Positions 1-16,447 of a DNA stretch of 64,000 nt are shown one piece after another; the stretch's first letter is position 1; the number at the start of each line of letters is the position of its first letter. This DNA is from Eledone cirrhosa (lineage: Eukaryota): NCBI GenBank assembly GCA_964016885.1, contig OZ024743.1:217868001-217932000 (forward strand), given 5' to 3'. The position numbers were made by a program, and so were the translations under genes. Under the pieces are notes generated by a model, which was given only the letters and a program-made list of their open reading frames with translations, searched no databases and was not told the DNA's origin.

Positions 1-123
1 TTTCTTGGTGATAGAGGTCATCACCACCCTATTCCACTTGGCCTGTGTGTGGCCATAGATGAGTCATCGAGAAGTAGTCGCTAAGATCAAGACATTTTCA
101 TCAAAGCAGATATTATTTTACTT

Positions 124-152
124 ACCCAGGCAACGCTGGGTACTGCTGCTAA
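124..152 (+). mobile_element. Helitron-like 3' terminus
   Basis: Short GC hairpin ACCCAGGCAACGCTGGGT followed 7 nt later by CTAA then T; matches the hairpin + CTRR|T end of Helitrons. No 5' end identified. Confidence 0.4.
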
Positions 153-162
153 TATATATATA

Positions 163-353
163 AATATTTATTAAAATAGCAGATTAAAGTTTAAGCAAAG
201 AATCGCTGCTTTCACCCTTAACTTCAGAAGATCCTGTTAAGGGTGAAAGCAGCGATTCTTTGCTTAAACTTTAATCTGGTGATTTAATAAATATTTGCTC
301 TACGGTTCTTATATATTTGATTCATTTATCCTTATCGAGCCTTATTATTATTA

Positions 354-357
<4 letters not shown>
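163..357. mobile_element. Fold-back PLE pseudo-LTR fragment with partial hammerhead at the inversion centre
   Basis: Arms ~165-222 and ~236-296 are reverse complements. The centre reads cagaaga-tcct/aggg-GAAA-gca...tgc-TT. A one-sided tail runs to (TA)n. Confidence 0.55.
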
Positions 358-428
<71 letters not shown>

Positions 429-469
429 ATTATATACAATTATATATTGGTTCCTTACCACAATTCCTT

Positions 470-523
<54 letters not shown>

Positions 524-524
<1 letters not shown>

Positions 525-739
525 GGACTATCCCGTCGATATCCGAAGTATGAGTGTCCAGCAAAAGTTAAATATGAGATAGTGAACTGATTGAAATACC
601 CACACAAAGTTTTGTTTTAAGTGGGGAAGGCTTATGTAGGAGCAACCATACTTTTAGGAACTGACGACACATATCTTCGGTACAAATGCTTGCCACCGAA
701 AATACACGACAGCCCTCAGCTTTAAGAAGAAAAAAAATG

Positions 740-771
<32 letters not shown>

Positions 772-960
772 CTATTTGGATGGCCGTTGATTCTGGTGAA
801 TTCCTCGGCCTTTTGCCGGGCCTTGTATTTCATCCTGCCGGGTGTCCAAATATCACCCTCCTCTTCAAGCAAGCTTGGTGGGGTCGTCGGTTTAGTCGCC
901 GACGACTCGACCATGAGATAGATTGTACTGGGTTACATTATACCAGTAGCACTCGAGAGC
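524..960 (-). mobile_element. RTE-LINE-derived short non-autonomous element (diverged relative of 22467-23070), split by (TA)n
   Basis: 775-955 aligns by eye with 22883-23062; 524-735 resembles a LINE 3' end. Confidence 0.5.
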
Positions 961-963
961 GGC

Positions 964-1001
<38 letters not shown>

Positions 1002-1111
1002 TTAGTTAAGCTAAACAAGACCACAAATCTCACAAGGAAGACATTATTAAAAGATTGTCAACATATTTTAGTTTGATGTAAGGAATGTAGAGAATAATAA
1101 TAATAATATTA

Positions 1112-1303
1112 ATAATAATTGTTTCTACTTTAGGCACAAGGCCAGCAATTACCCAGTGCATTACTGGTACTTTATTTTATCGACCCCGTAAGGGTGAAAG
1201 GCAAAGTCAACCCCGGCGGGATTTGAACTCAGATCGTAAAGGGACGTAACTATGCTGGAAAGCATGGCGTCCGACCCTCTACCGATACTGCCAATCCACC
1301 GCC
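1112..1303 (-). mobile_element. tRNA-derived octopus-type SINE
   Basis: Minus strand: GGCGGTGGATTGGCAGTATCGG (A box), GAGTTCAAATCC (B box), core GCCTTTCA...GGGTCGATAAAATAAAGTACCAG, tail TAGAAACAATTATT. Five copies in the window. Confidence 0.85.
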
Positions 1304-1852
1304 CATCTCATCGGAACTTCAAAGGAATATAAATTAAAATAATGAGATAATGTTACATAATATTAATGTTACATAACTCTATCACGACCTCTACCGATTA
1401 ACGATAGAACGGAGGTAACTATTAGCTGTCAACATCGAAGGGCTAATTGCTTCGCAAATAGAATTTTTGACCCAACTTAGTCATGTAGCCCCATCTTTAC
1501 TTGTAGCTAATAAGTTAAATTGCTATGAACAACTCGATAATTATAAGTTACCTCCCCTACATTGTCTCTTAATAAAAAATTTTAAAATTACCACTTAACT
1601 ATAAACACCCAGAATTTCTAATCTCTCGAGAAGTTACTTCCCCTGAAAACACCCTCTAATTAGTAAGGTAAATATGCCCTTTGGCAGCCATTTTGTTACC
1701 CAAAGGCAGATCTCAACAATGCAGCCTCGACAGATGAATACTGCTTGATTATGGCTGACAACTGATGCGACCAAGACACCATAGTAAAAACCAATATATG
1801 GAACATTATATTATGTAACATTATCTCATTATTTTAATGTTTTTCCTTTGAA

Positions 1853-1972
1853 GTTCCGATTAGCCACTCTGTCTCTTAAATTTGTTAATTATTTTCAACT
1901 GAACCAGATCAATTATGATATATAGTCATCTGATCCAGAAATATTATATGGAGTAGCGAAACAATTGTAAAC
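1853..1972 (+). ncRNA. Type I hammerhead-like motif, degenerate, long loop II
   Basis: gtt-CCGATTA-gccactc...gagtagc-GAAA-CAATTG-TA-aac. The inverted arm at 1308-1314 reads CCGATGA. Confidence 0.5.
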
Positions 1973-2271
1973 GGACATTATTATTATTAATATTATTATT
2001 ATTATTCTCTACATTCCTTACATCAAACTAAAATATGTTGACAATCTTTTAATAATGTCTTCCTTGTGAGATTTGTGGTCTTGTTTTGCTTAACTAATGA
2101 ATATTTCCAGCTCTGCGCACCTAACTTCTGCATGAACCCAGCCACTGCATATTGCACATTGAGCACATGCCTTTACGCTTTGGCTTCTAACTAATTCACC
2201 AATCTCTCCTCTCCTATCTCCATTTCTCTCTTTAAAATTGGTTACTCTTGAACTGTGTGTATATATATATA

Positions 2272-5125
<2,854 letters not shown>

Positions 5126-5280
5126 TCAGGTTATCAATAATGTAGTGATAATATATCGTCACGTTAGAGATGAACAGCGTTCGTGTAGGTTTGCTCAACG
5201 AGTATAAATTATATTCCGGAGAAAATGTAGAAAACATGAATATAAAATGAAAGTGCTTTTTTTTTAAAGGAATTTATTAG

Positions 5281-5399
5281 GTATTGACATAGGTTTCTGT
5301 AACAGATGGAATACCTATGTATCGCTGCTTGCGTAATCATATAATGTGAGCAAGTATTCGATAGCAAATGTATAATCAGTTGTCACTTCTTCAGAGATA
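5281..5399 (-). ncRNA. Type I hammerhead (pLTR), long loop II
   Basis: CTGAAGA-agtgaca...tgttaca-GAAA-CCTATG-TC. The inverted copy at 6521-6638 (+) has GAAA-CATATG-GC. Stem I is imperfect. Confidence 0.6.
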
Positions 5400-5904
5400 T
5401 TGGATAAATTGGAAAAAATCAGAAAAATTGAAATATTTATATTAGTTGTAATAAAGGAAGAAGAGAGGGGATAGTATATGACAGATGGCAATTCAATTTA
5501 CTGGTAAACAAGTATATAAAGGGTTTCTAATGAGAATACAATGAGTGTATGGTTTATTTTATCTTAATAAGAATTTTTGGGAGTGCCTATTTTAATCTAT
5601 ACTTGACCAATTGAACAATGGACAGGGCTGGTCGTTTGGTGTAGTAGTATTTATTATAAAGTGTCAATTAAGGAAGAGGGAGATTTTCACTGCTACTGAA
5701 TAACAACAATGCTGGTAGCCTGCTGGTATATGCATTAGGGAATTAAATTAAGAAATCTCATTTTATCTATAGCAGTTTATATTAAATGGTAAAGAATAGA
5801 AGAGTTGATATAATTAAGACTAATAGAGAATGTTAATATGTATTTTGACAATCAAAGGAGATGGAGACAGGCGTTCAATCCTGGTAGTGTTTGTAATATG
5901 AAAA

Positions 5905-6400
5905 TGTAGATTTTAAGCGATGGTTACAGTATAACGATCGCTCTATTCTGTTATTTAATAAAATATTTTTTGATTTCATAATACAAAATAATTCCATATT
6001 ACACAATTTACAAAATTCTTGCCCGTGGGAATATATGGAGGGGCATCGCTATTATATCCCATTTTAGGTTAAATTGTTGGTTATTTTCGCGCAGCTGCCA
6101 AGCCTTGTCTGCGAGTGTTGTTACATAACGCTGGTTTTCATGTTTTATCGAGTAACGATGTCTATAAAGGCGAGATTTGAAGGAGGTGGCTGTAGAACCC
6201 ACATAGTACCACTTCTGGCTATCCGATTCGATAGTACATTTGTATATGATGTTGCGTTCAAGACACTGATTGTTCAACGGACACATTCCTGGTTGGACAC
6301 AGTTACAGTTATAATTTTGCGTTGTTGTATTGGCATGGATGGGTTGATGAGGTTGCTTAGGCAGGACGGGGTGTTTTTTGTTGTTTTGTGATGCTATAGC
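5905..6400 (-). pseudogene. PLE GIY-YIG endonuclease C-terminal fragment (frameshifted)
   Basis: CNCVQPGMCPLNNQC...IIYKCTI...YVGSTATSFKSRLYRH in ORF 6008-6436. Confidence 0.85.
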
Positions 6401-6683
6401 TTTATATACTTGTTTACCATTAACTTGAATTGCCATCTGTCATATATTATCCCCTCTCTTCTCCTTTATTACAACTAATATAAATACTTCAATTTTTCTG
6501 ATTTTTTCCAATTTATCCAATATCTCTGAAGAAGTGACAACTGATTATACATTTGCTATCGAATACTTGCTAACATTATATGATTACGCAAGCAGCGATA
6601 CATAGGTATTCCGTCTGTTACAGAAACATATGGCAATACCTAATAAATTCCTTTTAAAAAAAAAGCACTTTCATTTTATATTC

Positions 6684-6759
<76 letters not shown>

Positions 6760-7807
6760 TTATGCGAGTGAATAATAATAACGGTTGCAAGCAAGCAGCC
6801 TCAATATGCAATATTTTGAAGATGACTAACTCCATCCTTTTGTTCCAGTAGTTGTAGAAAGAAAAAGCAATCTGCAATTGTTTCGACGTTATTGCCCCTT
6901 ATCAAGATTGTGTATATCTCTCCTTTCTGGAACTGTTGAGAATATCTAGTATTCTCCAATGTATACGTAAAATCGCTCGGTATGTGAATTAGGCTAATCA
7001 GTCGATGTATACTTTAAAGAATACCATATATTCTCAACAGTTCCTGGGTGCTTATATCGCACAGATCAACTAGGTTTATCATGGTCGCAATATATATGGT
7101 CTTTGAATACATATGTCCTTAGAATTATCCGATTAGATTATTCATTTCACGAATTAAACATCAGATAAGGCTAGGTCTATACAATTGTGTCTAAACTGAA
7201 AATCAATAACGGAAATTATAATATATTATAATGTAATTGAAATCTGAGTCATGAACTGAGTACAATGAATCATTATCACAACAGCACAGCTCCTATCTTC
7301 TGACGACTGCAGGAGTAATATTTGTTATACATACATATAATAGTTTCTGCTAATAATGTAAACAGATGCAACATATGTAGGTTAGTAAGGGAACACGAAA
7401 CTTCTTTTTATCGTTGCACCCCATGTCATTTGGTTTCATATTTTATTGTGATGACGAGAAAATTACTAATCTACTTGATTAAAATATAAGCATGTATGAA
7501 TTGTATGGTAAGAAATTACGCTGAATTTCCCACACGTATTGGGAAAATAAGAGGCCAAATCAACGTCAGGTAGATTTGTTGAATTTGCATGTCTTAATGT
7601 GAGGAGTAGAGCCTGCAACCAAGAACTCTTCAGTTTTACCGAAACTATTCACTTTAAAATGATTGAAGTTCGGCTATACGATTTACAGGTTGAGGATAGC
7701 AGAAACAGCATCATGGCGGTTCTTGATATCTGTCATAGTATGCTGAAGAAAGAGAAATAACCACGAAAAGTATCTAACTCAGAATGCTACCGTAGTTATT
7801 CTGCCAA

Positions 7808-7997
7808 AATAATTGTTTCTACTTTTGGCACAAGGCCAGCAATTACGCAGTACATTACTGGTACTTTATTTTATCGACCCCGTAAGGATGAAAGGCAAAG
7901 TTAACCTCGACGGGATTTGAACTCAAACCGTAAAGGGACGTAAGTATGCTAAAAAGCATGGCGTCCAACCCTCTACTGATACTGCCAATTCACCCCC
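7808..7997 (-). mobile_element. tRNA-derived SINE with target-site duplication
   Basis: Same family as 1112-1303; ttattctgccaaaataat is repeated on both sides. Confidence 0.88.
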
Positions 7998-8173
7998 CTT
8001 ATTCTGCCAAAATAATGACCATTGCGTTCATCCCATCATTTTCAGCAAACGTTTCAACCAATTAACTTTTATTAACACATACAATTCTTAGTATAGAGCG
8101 ATCTCAGGGGTAGTGGAATATAGGCTGCAAGATTTGTGTATGTGTTCGAGAATTCATAGACACACACAGACAT

Positions 8174-8364
8174 AATAATTATTTCTACTTTTGGCACAAG
8201 GCCAGCAATTATTCAGTACATTACTGGTACTTTATTTTATCGACCCCGTAAGGATGAAAGGCAAAGTTAACCTCGGCGGGATTTGAACTCAATCTGTAAA
8301 GGGACGTAACTCTATGCTGGAAAGCATGGCGTCCGACCCTCTACCGATACTGCCAATCCACCGC
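8174..8364 (-). mobile_element. tRNA-derived SINE
   Basis: Same family as 1112-1303. Confidence 0.85.
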
Positions 8365-8486
8365 AGGTGTGTGGTTGTCTACGCGTACGCAGTTTTCAAT
8401 CTGCATACTTTTTTTATACACACAAATACAGGCACACACATGCACACTGCCACACTTATATATACACGCACACATACACACATATT

Positions 8487-8559
<73 letters not shown>

Positions 8560-9010
8560 TTATATGTAATGAGTATTTAACGATTTTATAATTTTATCTC
8601 GTTCAAACAGTTAAATACGACTGATGAAAGAGGGCTAAGTTTCCATCGCTCCAGCACGCATTCTTCCGCACCGTGTAAAGTTTTCAATGGTTGCAATATC
8701 CAGATCTTGCAACCTAATGTATCGCAAAACATGTCATTTGTATGAATATTAATAAATACTAAACTAGATTAGCTCACTTGCACGAGATTAAACACTTTTC
8801 CTTATTGCTTCCTGAGGATATTTTAATTGCATGTGTGTGTGTGTGAGAGTATGTATGTTTGTGTGTGTGTATAGAAAGTACGCAGTTTGAAAATAGTGGA
8901 AACAATAAAAGTACATATGTGATGTTAACAGTCTTACACGCTTGCGAATCCGCACACACCTATACATACACACATACATGTTACGTGTAAGAATTTTGAT
9001 GAACACCATG

Positions 9011-9113
<103 letters not shown>

Positions 9114-9425
9114 AGGGGAGAGAGAGAGAGAGAGACAGACAGATATGTATATATACATATATATATTGAAAACAAACAAGGTTTCACAATAAGGTGTTTA
9201 AAGGTAATACATATTTACGACCAATTCACACATGGTTGGCTCAGGATCTCTATCAATGCTATAGACACGACGCCAGCCCGATCTGCTCTCCAAACTTGTT
9301 AATCAAGCAAAGCCGATTTTGGCTTTGGAGAAGGTTGTTTCTGACAGGACTCGCTGGAAGACATGTTTGAGGACTCCATAACACACACACACACACACAC
9401 GTACATACACACACATATATATATA

Positions 9426-9492
<67 letters not shown>

Positions 9493-11314
9493 GAGCCTGC
9501 TTACAATTCCTTCTAGATCCTCTTACTTTATTTTCTATCACATATTCGTTGTTCCTACTGTTTTCATGCTACTTTATTTTACGTTTTCTTCCTTGCTTCT
9601 ACTATTTCTGAAGCTTCTAGTATCGGTTTAGAAATATTTGCAGACATGGATGAAAGTTTTGCATTTTCTCTGACAGCTGACTAATCAGAATGTATAACTA
9701 AAATGCAAAACGGATGTTCTTTCCAATATCTCTTTACATGCTGCTTTCTGCCAGTATTGGTCGTTATTGACAGCTTCCATACGCCACCTGATCACATAAC
9801 AGATAGCTAAGATGGATACTCACTTGGCAACGTCTGAAGCAGCAAGAAAACTAAACTGCTTTCATAGGTTACTGATGATGTTTGTGATTGTAGATGTGGT
9901 TGAGGTGGTGTTTGCAAGAACTGGTAGTATTTGATTTTTTCTTTGTTTTTGATTTTTTATTGTTGTTGCTGTTTGTTTTCTTTAGCTAGTGATAGCAATT
10001 CTGGTATGGTGATGGTGGGTACTGTTTCGGAAGTTTGAACAGATTAAGTTATGCACGCTTTGGGGAATATTCTGGCTAACTACCAACGAAAAATAGTAAC
10101 CACAGAGGAAAACTACTCGAGTAAGGATTTATAAAGCGAGCATGTCCGCTGTAATAAGAAAGGTGGGGTTTTGAGATGTGTTGAGGCAGGGTCCAGGAAT
10201 GATGAGTCGAATTACACTGACGTGAATAGTAGCGTAACTCATATGTGAATCGTAGTCCATTGATTGTTATTATGAGTAATGGTATTATTTGTAATATTGT
10301 TAGTGGTGGTGGTAGTGGCGGTAGTGGTAGTGGTGGTGGTGGTGGTGCCTTTCTTATTGCTGTTGATAATATTATCATGTGGATTGTTTATTAACTCTAT
10401 TTGTGTAATTTGTTTTTATCTTCTTTTATTTCCAGTTGGTATAGCTGTTGCTTCATCTTGCTTATCGTCTCAAGAGAATAGCAAAGGAACTGGTCGGACT
10501 TTACTTCTTATGTTTCTGTATCATCTATGTTCACATTCACTGCACAAGATAGAAGCCTTGCAACAACTTGTTAACGTAGCCTACATTAAAGGGAAAATAC
10601 CACTACCATCATTACTATCACTACCAACACAATCAGCACGTTCACCCTCATCCGCAACAACAACAACAGCAGCAATGATATCAAAATAAATAACTAAATA
10701 TAGTAAAGTATAATAAATGCATAATATAACCATGTATAATAAAAGAAATCGTAAAAGCGGATTAGAGTGACACTGGCATTCGAAACAGCATTTTTTATCT
10801 GTTGCGTCCGATAAGACATTCAAACAATGAAGCAAATGAAATATGACGTGTTTCATACGAGAAGATCGGTTTTTCTTTTGATTTCTATATACAATCTACA
10901 TCTCCTAATTGACGATGCTGAGAAGAGAAAGAAGAAAACACAACTACATGATAATATGGTTAACCACTACAGTTTGGATATGGGTTAATTTACTTCGATC
11001 TTATACTATATTCGATATTCCTATAAGAAATGTTATGTATTTACTTGAGTTAGCATAGATATATAATCAGAATGAAAGGATTTAGTGGGGTTTTTTTCTA
11101 AATTCTCGGCCACCAACATCTTGCTAGAGTATTTGCTTTTTACTAAAGTAGCTACTCTTGGGTAACATTGATCAAGAAGAATTCGAGATAAAGAAATATT
11201 CTCTTCTGAGTGAAATATATATATGTATACAGTATATATATTTGTATATATAAATACACACAGACACACACACACACACACACACACGTACACACACATA
11301 CACATACACACATA

Positions 11315-11366
<52 letters not shown>

Positions 11367-12097
11367 CAGGTTTGTCCCAAAAATGTATACTCATATTTAT
11401 TAGAATACTGTTGAAATGTGTATGCATTTTTGTGGGACATACTATATATATATATAGTGTGTGTGTGTGTATGTATGTGTGTGTTTGTGTGTGTGCGCGC
11501 GTATGAGAGCGTGTTTGTGGAGAGAGACATAGAGAGAGGCAGGCACGAACAGAGAAAGGATAGTGTAGAGATAAGGAAGGAGAATTAATAATGAATAAAA
11601 CAGAATTAAAAAGGAAAAGAAAATAGCATTTAAAGAAGGAAAACAGGATGAATTAGAAAGAAAACACGGTAAGTAGAAGGAAGAAGTAACATTGCCAAGT
11701 AAGTACAGCTATAACTACAAGATAAAGAACTCTAGAGTTTTGAGGTGACGACAGCTGTAATAAAACGAAAGCAAAATCAAGACAACTTCAGAGGTTAATG
11801 TAGTTAATATCAATTATTCGGCGACCATTTTAGACGAGATAAGATTATCAATATTACATGAACCATTGTTCTAAAGAAAACAAACTTAGAGAGATGTGTT
11901 AGATAATTGGATACGCAAGAAAATAAAGGCTGGAAAAAGGCCATTGGTGTATTTATTATCTCTTTCATTATCTCATTTGCACTCAAACCTTTTGCTAGCT
12001 CTGTCTCATATTTTCTCATTCTCTCATTCAGTCTCTAACTTTCTCTCTCTCGCTCTCCGCGACTTTCTTTATATACTTACATCCATGTATACACACA

Positions 12098-12206
<109 letters not shown>

Positions 12207-12350
12207 TGATAAAATAGAGAGAGGGAGAGAGAGAGAGAAAGAGAGAGAGAGAAAAAAAGAAAGAAAGAGAGAGAGAGAGAAACAAAAATATAATAGAGCA
12301 TAGGAGAAAATACGAAAAGAGAATATAGAAATCTCATATATATATATATT

Positions 12351-12428
<78 letters not shown>

Positions 12429-12461
12429 GTATTTTCTCCTATGCTCTATTATATTTTTGTT

Positions 12462-12496
<35 letters not shown>

Positions 12497-12550
12497 CTCT
12501 CTCTCTCTTTCTCTCTCTCTCTCCCTCTCTCTATTTTATCAATATATATA

Positions 12551-12583
<33 letters not shown>

Positions 12584-12701
12584 GTCTCTTTTCGCTTCCA
12601 TTTTGTTTCTTATTCATATTTTACTCCTACCTTTCATGATTTATCAATCTATGTCCTTTACTCTTTTTGTCTACTTCTTTCTTTTCAAACACATCGACAC
12701 A

Positions 12702-12741
<40 letters not shown>

Positions 12742-12887
12742 TAAATATATATATATGCGTGTATATGTATGTGTAAATATATATAAATCTATATATACAT
12801 ATATATATAAATATATATATATACATATATATAAAATATATATATATATATATGCATATATATATAATGTATATATATATATGTATC

Positions 12888-12925
<38 letters not shown>

Positions 12926-13789
12926 CATATATAATGGTCGCCCGTTTCCATTGTTGAATATATAATATTGATAGATTAGTAAATAGATATGTGTACGTGA
13001 ATATAAAAATAACTAAATAAGTAGATGATTCAATTAAGAGATAAGCCACAAGGATTGTCTAGAAACACGAATCAATATCAAAAGAGAATCAAAACCATTA
13101 TTTTCCTTCTGTTTTATTGAAATTATATTTGTGTCATTATTCTTTTCATAGTCTAGACCAAACATTGATCAAACTATATGAAAGGTGTTCTTAGAACTCA
13201 AAGAATTTATTCTAGAACTTCCTTGGGAATTTCTTTATCCTTTTGCTTATCCCTTATTTGTCATTGTTTGTTTATAAGTTTTCAAATTTATCAACGTTTT
13301 GGGCTTTGTTAATATTGTTGTTTGGGGTTTTATTGTTTTGGTTGTTGTTGTTTTTGTGGCCATTAGTACTGTTTGTTTCAGCGATATATATTTTATATAA
13401 TGAGTGTAATTTTGTTCTCTATCTTTTTATCAATTTCTTTCTTATTTCTTGAAGCCACTCATTATTTACTATCTTAGACTTGATATATTTCTAGATTTTC
13501 TTCTAGCCATATCCTTGTGTATTTTATTTGCAAAAATATCATGTTACAACATTAAAGACAATTTAGGGTAACTATTTATTATGACCATTATATTCTCTTT
13601 GATTTAGCCGATATTTCTTACATATTGTGAACTTAGAATGTTCTTTACCATGTCTACATTGCCATTTTTTTATATTCCTCTCGCCCCCACACACAAAATC
13701 TCGCTTTACATATATACTCTAAAGAAATTTTTTCTCTCTCTCTCACTCTTTCTCTCCCTCTCTATATATATTTAATCATATGTATAATC

Positions 13790-13823
<34 letters not shown>

Positions 13824-14189
13824 ATAAATATATACATACATGTGTGTGTGTGAGAGAGAGAGAGAGAAAGACTGTGCGTGTATGCGTGTACGTGTATGTA
13901 TATATGTATCTGTTTCTGTATGAAAGAGCGTGGAGTGTCAGGTACTTTGATTTGAAATATATATTTATATATATACTTCATAGGGATGATTTATGATTAT
14001 TCGTTAAATAGTTATAAAATGTAAATAATGTTGGTAGATTGAAAGGAAACATATTTCACCTGTTGATACTTGTGTAACTCACCACATGTATTTCTAGAGG
14101 TTTTTAATATAAAAACAGTCGAATACTGTCTGTTCTTGATCTTGCGTATGAGACTACAATCATATAACGTCTCCCTGGCGCTGCAACCA

Positions 14190-15500
14190 CGGGTTGGGAA
14201 TATGGGAAGTGTATATATATACGTATATGTTCAGCATTCTCCCATATCGAGCCACACTGGCAAGCTCCTAGTGTATGTGCATTCCGCAGAGTTGGGTGGC
14301 TGGAACTTGTGCGTAGACCATTCAAGGACACACTTCCATCTGAGAGACGTTACTTCCTCGGTGTTGAATTGTATTCAGGTTATCATTCATTTGGGCAGTT
14401 TGAGATAGTTGTTGTAGGCTAGCTCTCCACGGCTGTAGCATGTTGAAATCTGAGTCTCACAGATTTGGTGCGAGACGAAAGAAAGTTCGGCATGACATCA
14501 ACCGATGTTTCTCCAAGAGCTGAGATTCCTCAACCATATCATGGAGTTGATGACTTGGGTCTATTGAGGCCTTGGTGACCAGCCTGTGTACGTGTGATAC
14601 GTTTACGAAAGGTATCAGGAGTAATGTGTGAGAGCACAGCTAGATACTCAGTTGGGTTAGGACGGGTACATCTGGCAATGAGCCTTAAAATGTCGTTCAG
14701 GGTTGTGGTTATATTCTTGGTCGTCCACAGCACTGGAGACCAAGGTAAGAGCACTATTACATAGGCTGGGTCTGCCATAACCGCATGATGAGACTACCAA
14801 GTGGCGTAGAATGTTCTTCCTAGTAGACAACAAGTCAGATGTCGGTTCAGTTTCACTCTGAGATACGTCAGTGTGGCGTTATATGGGAGGGGCCGTCGAG
14901 GTTAATGTTGAGCTTGTGATTGATCCTCATTGGTATTCAGGTGGAATGTAGTTGTAGTCATCGTTGCCATGCTCAGCTTCGATTTCCAGATCTTGGAATA
15001 TTTTACCAGTTAAGTCATGTCGGCTGTAAATACACTCTCTACGTTAGTCCAGATTCCATCGGAGTGCAAAAGGGCGAGGTCATCTGCATAGCCATATTGT
15101 CGTGATGTCGTTTGGGGTATTTCAGTAATGTACAGGCTGAAACCTATGAGGGAGGGATTACTACCAGGATATGAGGGATTCCATCACAAAAGCGTCGCTG
15201 TCTGTTGGTTAGGATGTAGCCTGATATACCGCACCATGTGACGGCCAAGAATTGTTCTTAATAACATCAATGTCAGGCCCTGGTTCCTTACAACGTCAAT
15301 GTCTGTGTTGGTGGCAAATAAGACAGCACACGTCTTGTAGTTCTTCTCGAAGCTCTCCTCAATGTCTTTAATCGGTTTGACAATCTGTTGCACTGGTTTC
15401 CGGCTCCAGCGAAATCTCGCTTACTCATCTAACGGTTGTGGGTCGACTTTGAGTTGTTGTCCGGCTAGATGTCCCTCCATGAGTTTGAAGGTGACATACA
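14190..15500 (-). pseudogene. Decayed non-LTR retrotransposon RT (Ingi/Vingi- or I-group-like)
   Basis: Minus strand GYADDLA near 15075-15093; IEESFEKNYKTCAVLF...QGLTLMLL; C-terminal CQCG...EH; many stops and frameshifts. Confidence 0.65.
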
Positions 15501-16076
15501 GAATCATCTATACTGGAGTATATCTACATACAGTCTGTTAATTTTCTGGTGAAGAAAATCTTATACCCACTGAGTGGTTTGGCTGTTTTCAAGTAACTTA
15601 GTTTTAATTTACGTACAGTTATATAAACATTTTCTACTTCTATCCATTCATTGGTATATCTGTATGATATAGTTCTATGTTAAAATAGTGCTTGTATGAT
15701 ATTCCATTCAATGCTTCCTTCTAAGATAGAATTGCCGGTTTGATTGCTCATGACTGTCTTCGAGTCTCTTTGATAAAATTATAATCGAAATGCCATTAAC
15801 AGTGACATCACGTTTCCAAACATTTAGAACAATTATCTTTACTTTATATCCCATATTTAATAAATGCTTGTGTCACTATATGCTTCGCATTTCGAAATTC
15901 TATTTATTGGCATATTTTCATAAATATCCATCTCATTACTAAACACTTCCAGGCATACATAGAACATACGCAATTCTGTTTGAAATTTAAACTACTACTC
16001 AGATTAACGAATATTTGCATCACCAAATCAGGTGTTATATATGCCTGTTCGTGTACATATATGCTTATATATATAC

Positions 16077-16133
<57 letters not shown>

Positions 16134-16174
16134 GTACAGTATATATATAAGCATATATATATATATATATATAT

Positions 16175-16374
16175 AACGAAGGAAGTGTGGTAAGGAACCA
16201 GATGAACCATAACGCACCAGAGTACTCAATACTTAGGGTAGTAGAGTGGGTAATAGGAAAATGTTTAACCTCGACGGCAAAGCTCAAGCCGTTTCGACGG
16301 CTATTTCTGGACTGAAAGAGTTCAGAAATAGCCGTTGAAACGGCTTGAACTCTACCGTCGGGGTTAAACATTTT

Positions 16375-16377
<3 letters not shown>
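16175..16377. mobile_element. Fold-back pLTR fragment (family also at 30628-32120, 53251-53441, 59361-59558)
   Basis: Hairpin 16254-16377 built from two hammerhead 3' halves (GAAA-CGGCT...CCG-TC-ggggt), plus an ~80-nt tail; lies between (TA)n tracts. Confidence 0.8.
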
Positions 16378-16423
<46 letters not shown>

Positions 16424-16447
16424 ATTTATATATATATATATATATAT

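Larger units (their letters stand above)
999..2256 (+). mobile_element. PLE-derived non-coding element with inverted arms
   Basis: ~999-1110 is the reverse complement of ~1980-2105 and ~1308-1362 of ~1810-1862. Bounded by (TA)n; a SINE sits in the left arm. Confidence 0.65.

Noticed and set aside
1112-1303. tRNA gene
   Set aside because: A/B boxes are too far apart, there is no cloverleaf, and a SINE core and tail follow.
8620-8660. CTGATGA as a hammerhead core
   Set aside because: No stem II / GAAA / NUH arrangement could be built.
10076-10689. Pro/Val-rich ORFs
   Set aside because: Driven by (GGT/AGT)n repeats; no homology evident.
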